A stretch of 64,000 nt of DNA from an uncultured SAR86 cluster bacterium (GTDB lineage: Bacteria > Pseudomonadota > Gammaproteobacteria > Magnimaribacterales > D2472): NCBI GenBank assembly GCA_943788365.1, contig CALSPZ010000001.1:328233-392232 (forward strand). The letters are read 5' to 3'. Position 1 is the stretch's first letter, and each line of letters opens with the position of its first letter. Positions 42,231-52,182 of this stretch are shown here, piece after piece. Made by a program: the position numbers and the translations under genes. The notes beneath the pieces are model-generated. The model was not told the DNA's origin, did not search any database, and saw only the letters and a list, made by a program, of their open reading frames with translations.

Positions 42231-42756
42231 CAGGTATTTCCGCTTTAAAAGAATTGATATAAAGAATATTATTTTTAACAAAGCCCTCATTGGTAGCAAA
42301 GTTTAGAAATCGATAATATGTACTTCTATTAAGGAAACCTTCGATATTATCTGGCCTTACAAGAACAATTGGTAAGTGAACAGACTCAAACTCTTTAAGG
42401 TAAACGCTATGTTTGGAATCTAGCTTAAATGAATAATCAAAATTTGTATGAAGTAATATATTTTTATTTGCATCAATATCAAAATCATTAATTACATAAG
42501 GTGCTATTTCAACCCTCACAGGAACTTTCTCTGCTGGTGTTACAAGAAAATAATTACCGCCATCATTTCTTAAAACTTTGGAAAAGAGTTTTACAATCTT
42601 TTTATTTTTAATAAGAGAACCATTGTAAAACCAGTTACCATTTCTATCTATATGCATCTCTTGACCAATACATAGATCAGGATTCCAGGAGTTAACTGGT
42701 GGGAATGCATCGTCACTAAAATCTTTAATATCTTTGCTGAGTTTAGAAATATTCAT
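42214..42756 (-). CDS. DUF1285 domain protein
   Basis: [31 protein letters not shown]...[19 protein letters not shown] matches the DUF1285 pattern as I recall it. Confidence 0.6.
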   Translation of the reverse strand: MNISKLSKDIKDFSDDAFPPVNSWNPDLCIGQEMHIDRNGNWFYNGSLIKNKKIVKLFSKVLRNDGGNYFLVTPAEKVPVRVEIAPYVINDFDIDANKNILLHTNFDYSFKLDSKHSVYLKEFESVHLPIVLVRPDNIEGFLNRSTYYRFLNFATNEGFVKNNILYINSFKAEIPVGKIN

Positions 42757-43342
42757 AAATTGAAGTAAAGATTATATATAGGCCTATCAATGAGAGAATT
42801 AAAGAAAATAATGATTTAATAAAAAAATTATTATATATATTTACATATTTAAATTTACTTGAGGTAAGTATTAGGCTTAGCAATGAAAACCAAACAGCTG
42901 TAGTTAATGAAAAGTATATAGGGTAAAGATAAAAATAAATTCCATCTAGACTCTCTATGAGAATAGTAAATAAACTTACAAAAAAGATAAAAGCCTTTAC
43001 GTTGAATAAATTTGTAATCAGTCCGACCATAAAATTATTTTGTGAATTTTGATCAGTATTAATTGTTTCTGTATTTGAAAGAAACATAGATACGCCTATA
43101 TAGAAAATATAAGAACCACCAATAATACTGATTAATATTTTCAATGCTGGATAATTTAAAATTATTAAAGAAATACCACTCACAGCTAATATGCAATGAA
43201 TAAAAATACCTAACCCTATTCCAAGTGCGGTGAATATTCCTGACTTCCTTCCATGAGTTGAGCATTGCTTTATAATTATTGCAGTGTCAGGACCTGGACT
43301 TGTCAAAGCAATAAAATAGGCTATAGATGAAGATAAAAACAT
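42743..43342 (-). CDS. LysE/RhtB-family amino-acid exporter
   Basis: N-terminal ALTSPGPD motif in a ~200-aa protein with six TM helices. Confidence 0.8.
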   Translation of the reverse strand: MFLSSSIAYFIALTSPGPDTAIIIKQCSTHGRKSGIFTALGIGLGIFIHCILAVSGISLIILNYPALKILISIIGGSYIFYIGVSMFLSNTETINTDQNSQNNFMVGLITNLFNVKAFIFFVSLFTILIESLDGIYFYLYPIYFSLTTAVWFSLLSLILTSSKFKYVNIYNNFFIKSLFSLILSLIGLYIIFTSIYEYF

Positions 43343-44339
43343 TTAACTAATAACTCTTGGTTCAATTTCCAAATTTATATTAAAGAAATATTTAACTTTG
43401 GCTTGAATTGCTTCAGCAAAGTTTAATACATTTTGTTGAGTTGCATTTCCATTTGTTGTTAATACTAAATTATGTTGTTTAGATAAAAAAACATTTTTAT
43501 TTTCCGGAAGTTCATTCTTTATTAGCTGAATCAGCCTAGCAGCTCCAACTTTAACTAAGCCATTTTCAAGCTCCCAGATAATTAAATCAGACAAACTGTA
43601 ATAGTCTGTATTGATTGTATTAACATCAATTATTGGATTTTTAAAAAAACTACCTACATTTGGTTCTATTTTTGGATTTGGAAGAATATCTAGTCTAATT
43701 TGAGAAACTAATTTTGCTATTATTTTTGGGCTAAGAAATTTTTTATCAAGACGCAATTCATTTACTTTATCTAGCAAGGATTTGTATGTAAGACTCAATT
43801 TTTTATCAAGATTTGATTTAAATTCTATATGTGTAATTATCTTAGCCGATTCTTTAAAAAGAGAATCTCTATATCCAAAATTACATTCATCAGAATTTAA
43901 GGAATTAAAAGATCCTACCTGTAAATCAAAAAAATAAACTTTATAAATTAAGAGGCTCTACATCCACTCCATAAGCTCCGATATTTTGGATGGGCGCTGC
44001 TCCAACTGAGCCAGGAATTAATGACAGATTTTCAAAACCATATATATCATTCATGACAGCATATTGAACTAAATCATTCCAGTTAACAGATGACCCTACT
44101 CGAATTAAATCTGACTTTCTTTCAATTGATTTAAAATTTAATGAAACTACTAACCCCTTATATCTATCAGGAGGAATAATATTGGTGCCCTCTCCTAAAA
44201 TAAAGTAATCAATTTTTTTAGATTCAATAAAGTCGTGAAGGGTCTGGAGCTCACTAAGATTATTAACGGTAACGCCATAATCAGAAACAGAGTGAATTTG
44301 TAATGAATTATGGATCCTATAATTCTCTTCAATCTTCAT
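43343..44339 (-). pseudogene. murB: UDP-N-acetylenolpyruvoylglucosamine reductase, interrupted by one frameshift near 43944-43949
   Basis: The N-terminal FAD domain (ILGEGTNI, IPGSVGAAPIQNIGAYGV) ends at TAA 43941. The C-terminal part (ECNFGYRDSLFK...VGSFFKNP...VGAARLI) continues in the -1 frame from 43947. The total length of ~332 aa and the spacing across the junction match E. coli MurB. Confidence 0.8.
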
Positions 44340-45054
44340 TGTTGATATATTTAATTGCAGATTGAACATCATCCTTTGTATCAATTCCTGGTGGAATATT
44401 AATATCAAATTTTGATATATGAATTTTAAAACCATTATCAAGAAATCGAAGTTGTTCTAATTTCCTTTCAATTTCATTGGGAGTAGGCTTTAGTTCAATT
44501 AGTTTTCTTAAAATAGCCATAGAATATCCATATATTCCAATATGTTGGTAGTATTGAGTCCCATCAACGTAGTCTATATTTCTTAAAAAATCTACAGCAC
44601 ATGATTGATCATCAATAATTGCTTTTACGCAGTTAGGGTCAGTAATAAGCGATCTTTTAGTTATCCTATGTGCAGCGGTTACAATTTGTGAGGTATTTTT
44701 TTTATACGTCTCGATTAATCCATTAACAACCTCTATGGGCATAAACGGCTCATCGCCTTGTAAGTTTATAATTAAAGCATCATCTTCTAACTCTAGCTTT
44801 TCAGCTGCCTCATATACTCTATCAGTTCCGGATATATGATTAGGACTTGTAAGAATGACATCAGATGTTAAAGGTTTTATATGTTCTTTGATAATGACTG
44901 AATCTGTAGCAATATAAACTTTAGTAGATGTTAATAAAGCATTCTCATAAACCCTTTGTATTAATGATTTTCCAGAAATATCAACTAAAGGTTTATTTAT
45001 AAGTCTAGTTGAGCCTATTCTAGAAGGTATGATTATAAATGTATTTAAAGACAT
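44329..45054 (-). CDS. kdsB: 3-deoxy-manno-octulosonate cytidylyltransferase
   Basis: IIPSRIGSTRLINKPL, GTDRV, NLQGDEP and HIGIYGY motifs. Confidence 0.92.
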   Translation of the reverse strand: MSLNTFIIIPSRIGSTRLINKPLVDISGKSLIQRVYENALLTSTKVYIATDSVIIKEHIKPLTSDVILTSPNHISGTDRVYEAAEKLELEDDALIINLQGDEPFMPIEVVNGLIETYKKNTSQIVTAAHRITKRSLITDPNCVKAIIDDQSCAVDFLRNIDYVDGTQYYQHIGIYGYSMAILRKLIELKPTPNEIERKLEQLRFLDNGFKIHISKFDINIPPGIDTKDDVQSAIKYINNED

Positions 45055-45056
45055 CT

Positions 45057-47819
45057 TTAATTAGGTAATTTTTTTAACCTTTGATCTAATTCATTAATAA
45101 ATTGATTGGAAAGATCTGCATCAACGGTTAAGTACCAAATTTTATTATTATTAAAATGCTTGCATTTAGACGCATCTTTTTCAGTCATTAATATTGGATG
45201 ATGGTCTAAGAAATGCAAATCAGTTGTTGCGTATTTATGATGGTCAGGGAAAGGATGTTTAGTAAGATCAAAGCCTAACCTGCTAAGGGTATCAAAGAAT
45301 CTTCCAGGATTGCCCAAGCCGGCCACAGCATGAACTTCTTTATGCATCGGCCATTGGTCAATTGGATATGACTTACCGCTATTTAAATGGACAAATCTAG
45401 AAGGACTAATGTTCATTAAGATTTCGGCTCCTTCTGTAGGACCACTATTATTTACAATAAAATCAGCGTCCTTTAATCTTTTTTTAGACTCTCTTAGGGG
45501 TCCTGCAGGAAATACTAGATTATTTCCAAACCTTCTCTTACCGTCAATGACAATAATTTCTATATCTCGTTTTAAATTATAATGCTGCAAGCCATCGTCA
45601 GTAATGACTACGTCGCAATCATGTTTTGAAATAAGAGTCTCAACAGCTCTTACTCTATCTCTATCAATATAAAATGGAAGTTCTAATTTTGAAAGAATTT
45701 GAGCTTCATCTCCAGTTGCTTTTACAGGAGAATCTAATTCAACTTTCATTGTTTTTTTATAATTACCTCCATATCCTCTACTTACCAATCCCGGCTTGTA
45801 GCCTAAATCTTTTAACTTAGAGGCAATATATTTAACAAGAGGGGTTTTTCCAGTACCTCCTATGGTTAAATTTCCAACAATAATTACTGGAATATTTTTT
45901 TTAAGAGTTGGTAAGTTTTTTAGATATTTATTTCTTCTTCTATTTGTTAGATATTTTATGACTATCGAGAATGGGTAAAGAAGATATAACCATATACTTT
46001 TTTTATACCAACTATCAACTACAAAACTAGATGACTCTTGGTTGTTGTATTCAGGAACATAAAGTTGTTTTGATTTTGATAAATTAGGTGTTTTAGGTCC
46101 ATCATCTTCAAATTTATTTTTATAAAGAGATTTATAAAGACCATCAAGTTCAATCAACTCATCATGGGTACCTGTTTCAGAAATCATACCTTCATCTAAA
46201 ACAATAATTTTAGATGCATTTTCAATAGTTGATAATCTATGAGCAATTACAATGGTTGTTCTATTGGTAATTAATTTTTCCAAAGCCTCTTGAACAACTA
46301 ATTCAGATTCACTATCTAACGCAGAAGTTGCTTCGTCTAAAATAATAATAGGAGAGTCTTTGTAGAAAGCTCTGGCAATAGCCAACCTTTGCCTCTGACC
46401 TCCAGACAATAGAACACCATCATCACCTATCTCAGACTCATAATTTTCAGGAAGATTATTAATAAAATCTGAACATCCAGCTAATTTTGCTGATTCAATT
46501 AGCTTGTCCTTATCTATGGCACCCTCACCGTAAGCGATATTTTTTGCAATTGTATCGTTAAAAAGTGTTGGGGACTGATTAACTATAGATATCGAGTCTC
46601 TTAGATGAGTTAACGAGTAATCTTTAATAGATATCCCATCAATCATAATCTCACCAGATGAATGGTCATAAAATCGAGGTATTAAATTTGCAATAGTAGA
46701 TTTTCCTGATCCAGATCTACCAACAATAGCTACAGTATCGTGTTTGTTTATATGAAAACTTATATTCGAAAGAATTTGACCACCAGTATCATATGAAAAA
46801 GAAACATCATTAAAATCAATTACTCCATCTAATCTGCTATCCACTTCACCAGAATTATTTTCATTTTTCTCATCTAATTGTTCAAATATTTCATTAGCTG
46901 CAGCTAGGCCTTTTTGAACAATAATATTTATATTTGATAATTGCCTTACAGGTTTGGCCATCAAACCTGCTGCAGTGAAGAATGCTACAAAAGTTTCTGC
47001 ATCCAAACTAATTCCTAATTGCGATCCAAGCGCAAAGTATGCAACAAGCGAAAGAGAAACTGAAACTAGAATTTGAATAATTGGAGTTGCTAGATTACCT
47101 GTGGCCTCTAGTTTAAGATTTTGGTTTTTATTTGATGAATTTGCTTCTAAAAATCTCTTATTCTCATAATCTTGTGCATTGAATGATTTGATTTCCAAAT
47201 GACCATCTACTGCTTCAGAGGCAATATGGGTGACATCACCCATAGCAGTTTGTATTTTCTTTGCTAATTTTTTTAAACGCTTGCCAGCAATATATACAAT
47301 AAGTGCAATCAAAGGGATGGTCACAACCAACAATAAAGTTAATTTAAAATTAAGGTAGGACATGTATATAAACAAGCCAACAAGAAGAAAGCCCTCTCTT
47401 ACAAATGTTTTTACAGCACTTGAAGCTGCAGCTGAAACTTGGGTAGTTGTAAATGTTATTCTATTGATCAACTGTCCTGATTGATTTGAATCAAAGTATG
47501 ATTTTGGCAGGTCATGTAATTTTTGGAATAGCTCAGCCCTTAGGTCATGAACGATCCCAAAACCAACCCTAGACATGAAATAGTTTCCAATAAAAAATCC
47601 AAGACCCCTACCAAACGCAATTCCAATAAGTGATAAAGCTAAAAGGGTATGAAGACCTGATTCTTCTGCATTTATAAAGCTAATTATCCTCCTAATCCAC
47701 TCCACGGCTGCAATGTCAGCAAAAGCGAAAAGAATAAAGCCTATTACACTTGTTAAAAAGGACCATTTGTATCTAAACGTGTAAGAAAGCAATCTTCTAA
47801 AACTATTATTCTTTTTCAT
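45057..47819 (-). CDS. msbA-lpxK: fused lipid A flippase MsbA / tetraacyldisaccharide 4'-kinase LpxK (single 920-aa ORF)
   Basis: The N-terminal ~575 aa form an ABC half-transporter (GRSGSGKST, LSGGQRQRLAIARA, IILDEATSALD). The C-terminal ~300 aa are LpxK (GNLTIGGTGKTP, SRGYGG, TDDGLQH, VAGLGNPGRFF, MTEKDA). There is no stop between them. Confidence 0.85.
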   Translation of the reverse strand: MKKNNSFRRLLSYTFRYKWSFLTSVIGFILFAFADIAAVEWIRRIISFINAEESGLHTLLALSLIGIAFGRGLGFFIGNYFMSRVGFGIVHDLRAELFQKLHDLPKSYFDSNQSGQLINRITFTTTQVSAAASSAVKTFVREGFLLVGLFIYMSYLNFKLTLLLVVTIPLIALIVYIAGKRLKKLAKKIQTAMGDVTHIASEAVDGHLEIKSFNAQDYENKRFLEANSSNKNQNLKLEATGNLATPIIQILVSVSLSLVAYFALGSQLGISLDAETFVAFFTAAGLMAKPVRQLSNINIIVQKGLAAANEIFEQLDEKNENNSGEVDSRLDGVIDFNDVSFSYDTGGQILSNISFHINKHDTVAIVGRSGSGKSTIANLIPRFYDHSSGEIMIDGISIKDYSLTHLRDSISIVNQSPTLFNDTIAKNIAYGEGAIDKDKLIESAKLAGCSDFINNLPENYESEIGDDGVLLSGGQRQRLAIARAFYKDSPIIILDEATSALDSESELVVQEALEKLITNRTTIVIAHRLSTIENASKIIVLDEGMISETGTHDELIELDGLYKSLYKNKFEDDGPKTPNLSKSKQLYVPEYNNQESSSFVVDSWYKKSIWLYLLYPFSIVIKYLTNRRRNKYLKNLPTLKKNIPVIIVGNLTIGGTGKTPLVKYIASKLKDLGYKPGLVSRGYGGNYKKTMKVELDSPVKATGDEAQILSKLELPFYIDRDRVRAVETLISKHDCDVVITDDGLQHYNLKRDIEIIVIDGKRRFGNNLVFPAGPLRESKKRLKDADFIVNNSGPTEGAEILMNISPSRFVHLNSGKSYPIDQWPMHKEVHAVAGLGNPGRFFDTLSRLGFDLTKHPFPDHHKYATTDLHFLDHHPILMTEKDASKCKHFNNNKIWYLTVDADLSNQFINELDQRLKKLPN

Positions 47820-48220
47820 AATCTTATTGTTCTAATCTGAACCTCTGAATATCCATTTTTATTTAATATATCCATCAGCTCCACAACCCATTGATGGTAT
47901 GCATCCTCCTCTGCACTAAGTATAACTTTATCAAGTGTGCTATCTAAACTAAAAACTAGCTCATTAATTAACTGCCTGTCTGAAATTGGTGCAGTTATTC
48001 CATTAATTAAGACCGTTCCATTAGATAAAATTGAAACTTCATTCTGTTCTTGGACAGTATTTGATGAAAATGATTCAGTTTTAGGTAGCTCTAGAGAAAG
48101 AAATTGTGAATCGCCAACCTTTGAGGTTACTACAAAAAATATAACAAGAAGAAAGACTATGTCTATCAGCGGTGTTATTTCTATAGAAAAATTAGAATTA
48201 TTTGATTTAATAAATTTCAT
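47816..48220 (-). CDS. exbD: ExbD/TolR-family biopolymer transport protein
   Basis: 134 aa with an N-terminal TM segment EITPLIDIVFLLVIFF. Overlaps its neighbours. Confidence 0.85.
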   Translation of the reverse strand: MKFIKSNNSNFSIEITPLIDIVFLLVIFFVVTSKVGDSQFLSLELPKTESFSSNTVQEQNEVSILSNGTVLINGITAPISDRQLINELVFSLDSTLDKVILSAEEDAYHQWVVELMDILNKNGYSEVQIRTIRL

Positions 48221-48819
48221 TATTTATTAATGACATCAATAAAATCCGATACTTCTGCTTGGAGATTAATTAGTAGATGTGATATTTTTTGCTCAAAATA
48301 TTTATGCATAACAAGACCTGGAACTGCTATAAAAAGACCAAAGGCTGTTGTTATCAATGCCTGAGATATGCCCTCAGCTAAAACATCCGGATTAGCACCT
48401 GTTATCTCTGAGAGGCCAGTAAAAGCAGTAATCATTCCAACCACTGTACCTAAAAGTCCTAAAAGAGGACTAATTGTAGCTAAAGTTCCAAGCATAGTAA
48501 GATTTCTATCAAGAAGATGCTTGACTTCTGATGCTTTTTCTTCAATTTTAGACTCAAGATTCTCTCTTGGAAGATTTTTATATTTAATACAATTTATTAG
48601 TAAATAACCTAATGATGAAAGTTGTGAAATCTCTTCTGATTGTCTCTGGCTTAAAAGATCTTTGTTGTAAAGATTAATAATCTGACTTTTCAAACCATTT
48701 GGTGAAACAAGTCTTAGCTGAAGAAACCAAAGCCTTTCAATGGATATTGAAATAATCAAGACTGAACAGGCAAGAAGTGGCCACATAAAGACACCACCAG
48801 CAATAATAAATTCGCTCAT
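48220..48819 (-). CDS. exbB: MotA/TolQ/ExbB-family proton channel
   Basis: Three TM helices and the conserved LGLLGTVVGMI...ALITTAFGL motif. Confidence 0.85.
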   Translation of the reverse strand: MSEFIIAGGVFMWPLLACSVLIISISIERLWFLQLRLVSPNGLKSQIINLYNKDLLSQRQSEEISQLSSLGYLLINCIKYKNLPRENLESKIEEKASEVKHLLDRNLTMLGTLATISPLLGLLGTVVGMITAFTGLSEITGANPDVLAEGISQALITTAFGLFIAVPGLVMHKYFEQKISHLLINLQAEVSDFIDVINK

Positions 48820-49487
48820 ATTGAAACTAAACCTCTATTATCTAAATAATATTTTCTATTCAAAAGATTAACAAAATCATTATCGTGAGTAGCAACAATT
48901 AATGCAATACCATTATCATGAGAAAGCTCCATTACTAATTTTTGTATATTTGAAGCATTCTTTTTATCCAAGTTCCCAGTTGGCTCATCAAGAAATATGT
49001 ACTGAGGTTTATTTATCATAGCTCTTGCAACTGCAACTCGTTGCTTCTCTCCTCCAGAAAGCTTCCATGGTAAATGGTTCAATCTATTGCTGAGACCAAT
49101 AGATTTTGCTAAATCACGGACTTTTATATCTAAATCTAATAAATCACCTTTTAATTGAAGAGGTAAGGCAATATTTTCATAAACCGATAGATCTTCTAAT
49201 AAGTGATGATGCTGGTAAACAAAACCAAAATTATTTAATCTTATTTGAGACTTTTGATTGGATGATAGGTTGTCTGTCGTGTCTCCGTTTAGTTCTATGG
49301 ATCCAGAGGATTGTTTATCTAACAGAGCAAGTATCTGAAGCAAGGTTGACTTTCCAGACCCTGATTGTCCTGATATAGCTACTGTGTCACCCTTATTTAT
49401 AGTTAAATTTAACTCATTCAAGACCTCAATATCATAACCATCGATTGAATAGGTTTTGGAAATATTGATAGCCTTCAAGTTATTCAT
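48816..49487 (-). CDS. lolD: lipoprotein-releasing system ATP-binding protein
   Basis: Walker A GQSGSGKST, signature LSGGEKQRVAVARA and Walker B FLDEPTGNLD. Adjacent to a LolC/E permease gene. Confidence 0.85.
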   Translation of the reverse strand: MNNLKAINISKTYSIDGYDIEVLNELNLTINKGDTVAISGQSGSGKSTLLQILALLDKQSSGSIELNGDTTDNLSSNQKSQIRLNNFGFVYQHHHLLEDLSVYENIALPLQLKGDLLDLDIKVRDLAKSIGLSNRLNHLPWKLSGGEKQRVAVARAMINKPQYIFLDEPTGNLDKKNASNIQKLVMELSHDNGIALIVATHDNDFVNLLNRKYYLDNRGLVSI

Positions 49488-50727
49488 GTCTAAGTATCTC
49501 GATGGGATCTAATCTATTAACCCTAAGAGCTGGGATTAAAGATGAGAATAGACTGAATATAAATGAAAGTAAGCATATGAAGAAAATTTGATTTAGGTCT
49601 AAGTGATATGGAAAATAATTAATAAAGTATGCATCAAGCATTCCTCGACTAGTTACTGATTCTAATAAATTCACCAAAGAGTCAAGATTAATTGTAATCA
49701 ATATACCAAATAATAGACCTGAAATTATGCCTATAGAACTAACAAGAATACCCTGGTATAAAAATATTTTAACCAGTTGATCATTGCTAGCTCCAATGGT
49801 TTTTAGAATACCTATTTCTCGTTCTTTAGATTTTACAGTCATTATTATTGTTGATAGAACAAGGATTGAAGCAACGCCAATAATAAGAAATAACATCAAA
49901 CTTATTAGTAATTTTTCAAACTTAATAGCTTCAAAAAGAGTTCCATGTGTTGTCTTCCAGGTTACTATTTCAAAATAATTATTATTTAATAGATCTTCGT
50001 CAATTGATTTAATTGCATCTCTAGCAATAATGTCAGCATTAAATAAATCATCAGTTTTAATTCTTATTGATGATGTTGCATTTTCATCAAACATTTTAAT
50101 TTTTTGAGCAAGCTTGTGAGATATTAATACTAGTGACTGATCTAATTCAGATCTCAGTTCATACATACCAACAACTTTTACTTTAATTGATTGAGGGAAT
50201 GATCCAATAATTGAAGTTTTGATATCTGAAGTTGTGATATTTAAGATATCTCCAATGCCAACACCGAGGTGCGCAGCAAGCCAAGTTCCAATGACAATAG
50301 AATTAGCTTGCTTTAAGTTGCTTAAAGATCCCAAGACCATATATTCTGGAAGTATAGAAATAGAGTCTTCAATATCTTCATCTATACCAATAATACTAAC
50401 ACCTCGCCCACCTGAGCTAGTCGACACAAGGCCTTGAAGTTCAATATAAGGAGAAGAGCTTTCGATATTATCTAGCTGGTTTATGTTATCTATTAATAGC
50501 TGATATTCAGTAATTTTGTTATCTGATTTAATTACAGCGTGAGGAACAACACCTAGAATTCTATCCTGTAATTCTCTTTCAAATCCATTCATAACAGACA
50601 TTACTATAATTAAACTACTCACACCTATAGATAAGCCCAAAATAGCTAAAAATGAAGTAAAGGAAAAAATTCCACCCCTATTAGACTTGAAATATCTAAA
50701 AGCTAGATTAAGTGAAAGAGACGACAC
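49480..50727 (-). CDS. lipoprotein-releasing system permease, LolC/LolE family (only one copy here)
   Basis: N-terminal LAFRYFKS, FtsX-type four-TM topology with a large periplasmic loop, and a C-terminal PALRVNRLDPIEILRHE. Confidence 0.85.
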   Translation of the reverse strand: MSSLSLNLAFRYFKSNRGGIFSFTSFLAILGLSIGVSSLIIVMSVMNGFERELQDRILGVVPHAVIKSDNKITEYQLLIDNINQLDNIESSSPYIELQGLVSTSSGGRGVSIIGIDEDIEDSISILPEYMVLGSLSNLKQANSIVIGTWLAAHLGVGIGDILNITTSDIKTSIIGSFPQSIKVKVVGMYELRSELDQSLVLISHKLAQKIKMFDENATSSIRIKTDDLFNADIIARDAIKSIDEDLLNNNYFEIVTWKTTHGTLFEAIKFEKLLISLMLFLIIGVASILVLSTIIMTVKSKEREIGILKTIGASNDQLVKIFLYQGILVSSIGIISGLLFGILITINLDSLVNLLESVTSRGMLDAYFINYFPYHLDLNQIFFICLLSFIFSLFSSLIPALRVNRLDPIEILRHE

Positions 50728-50737
50728 AATTTATTTA

Positions 50738-52171
50738 TTATTTAAGAATTTTCTTTATAAAATTTTCAAAACCTTCTTTATATGGGGGTCTGATCATACC
50801 AAAAGCCATATTGTCCATAAAGAAAGGGACATCCTTAAAAACAGCTCTTGGATTTGAAAAGTTCTTAAAACCATCTTGTGAATGATATCTTCCCATTCCA
50901 GAGGGACCAACTCCTCCAAAAGGTAAATCTTGTTGCTGGATATGACCAACAACATTATTTATAGTCACACCGCCTGAAGAGGTGTTGTTGAGAACATTTG
51001 ATTGTTCATTTTTATCATTACCAAAATAATATAGCCCTAATGGTCTGTCCTTAGAATTTATTGTATCAAGAGCTTCTTTTACCTCTGTATATTCAACAAC
51101 AGGGAGAACAGGTCCAAATATTTCCTCGTTCATCACCCTCATATCTTCTGTAGTATTAGTAATTATTGTTGGTGGTATTTTGTAGAATTCTTGCTGATTA
51201 AAGTCTTCATTTGCAGGATTAATTTGGTTAATTGTTGCACCCTTCTCTCTTGCATCATCTATTAGACCATTCAACCTATTGAAATGTCTTTCGTTGATGA
51301 TTGATGTGTAATCATCATTATTTTTAATATCTGGATAGTAATCAGCAACAGCTTTTTCTGCCTCACTTATAAACTCATCTTTCTTGTCTTTATGAACCAT
51401 GACATAGTCAGGTGCAAGACATATCTGACCTGCATTCATAGTCTTACCAAACATGACTCTTTTTGCAGATGCTTTTATATCTGCACTATTACCTACAACT
51501 ACTGGTGATTTCCCACCAAGCTCTAGAGTAACTGGCACAAGATTTTGTGCTGCGGCGTTCATAACATGCTTACCAACATTACCACTACCTGTATAAAGAA
51601 GGTGATCAAAATTAAGTTTTGAAAAAGCTTCTCCAGTTTCTGGGCCTCCCAAGAATGTAGCAAACTCATCCTGATCATATGCTTTATCACAAAGCTCTTT
51701 CATTAAAGCAGCTGTGGCTGGGGTTAATTCACTTGGCTTATGCATAACTTGATTCCCTGCTGCAAAAATAGATGCAAGGGGGCCAAATGCAAGATTAACA
51801 GGAAAATTCCATGGAGAAATCATACCTATAGTTCCTAAAGGCTCATATCTAATATAAGATTTTGCACCAAATAAACTAAAGGGTTTGTTTGAAGACCTTT
51901 TTTCATCTTTAGTCCATTTTTTTATATTTGTAATTGCATTCGTTATTTCAGGTAATACTGTATAAACATCCGATAATAAGGATGCATTTTTAGATCTACT
52001 TCCGAAATCAGAACTTAAGGCTTCTGTTAGGCCATATCTATTTTCAACAAGCATTGCTTTAAGTCTATTTAATCTATCAACTCTTAACTCAATAGATGGT
52101 GGACCATCTTTAATAAATTTTTTCTTCTGAAGATTTAAAACATCGTTCATGTTTTCAAATGTACTATTCAT
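50738..52171 (-). CDS. aldehyde dehydrogenase (ALDH3 / coniferyl-aldehyde dehydrogenase-like)
   Basis: ELGGKSP, catalytic Cys in NAGQICLAPDY, and EEIFGPVLPV. Confidence 0.88.
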   Translation of the reverse strand: MNSTFENMNDVLNLQKKKFIKDGPPSIELRVDRLNRLKAMLVENRYGLTEALSSDFGSRSKNASLLSDVYTVLPEITNAITNIKKWTKDEKRSSNKPFSLFGAKSYIRYEPLGTIGMISPWNFPVNLAFGPLASIFAAGNQVMHKPSELTPATAALMKELCDKAYDQDEFATFLGGPETGEAFSKLNFDHLLYTGSGNVGKHVMNAAAQNLVPVTLELGGKSPVVVGNSADIKASAKRVMFGKTMNAGQICLAPDYVMVHKDKKDEFISEAEKAVADYYPDIKNNDDYTSIINERHFNRLNGLIDDAREKGATINQINPANEDFNQQEFYKIPPTIITNTTEDMRVMNEEIFGPVLPVVEYTEVKEALDTINSKDRPLGLYYFGNDKNEQSNVLNNTSSGGVTINNVVGHIQQQDLPFGGVGPSGMGRYHSQDGFKNFSNPRAVFKDVPFFMDNMAFGMIRPPYKEGFENFIKKILK

Positions 52172-52182
52172 AATTTTTACCT

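Noticed and set aside
42231-42299. Longer 69-aa version of the DUF2256 ORF.
   Set aside because: The extension is hydrophobic filler that overlaps the DUF1285 gene by 86 nt. The DUF2256 proteins I recall are about 45-50 aa, and a TTG at 42230 gives 46 aa.
43941-43950. Programmed -1 ribosomal frameshift as the explanation for the murB break.
   Set aside because: There is no X XXY YYZ slippery heptamer in the zero frame (CTT AAT TTA TAA), and I could see no obvious downstream stimulatory structure. A homopolymer indel or a true pseudogene is more parsimonious.
44340-44441. Upstream extension of the murB 5' ORF (MIMVLKFIYQ...).
   Set aside because: It overlaps kdsB by more than 100 nt. MurB-like sequence starts at MKIEENYRIH (ATG 44339), which overlaps the kdsB stop by only 11 nt.
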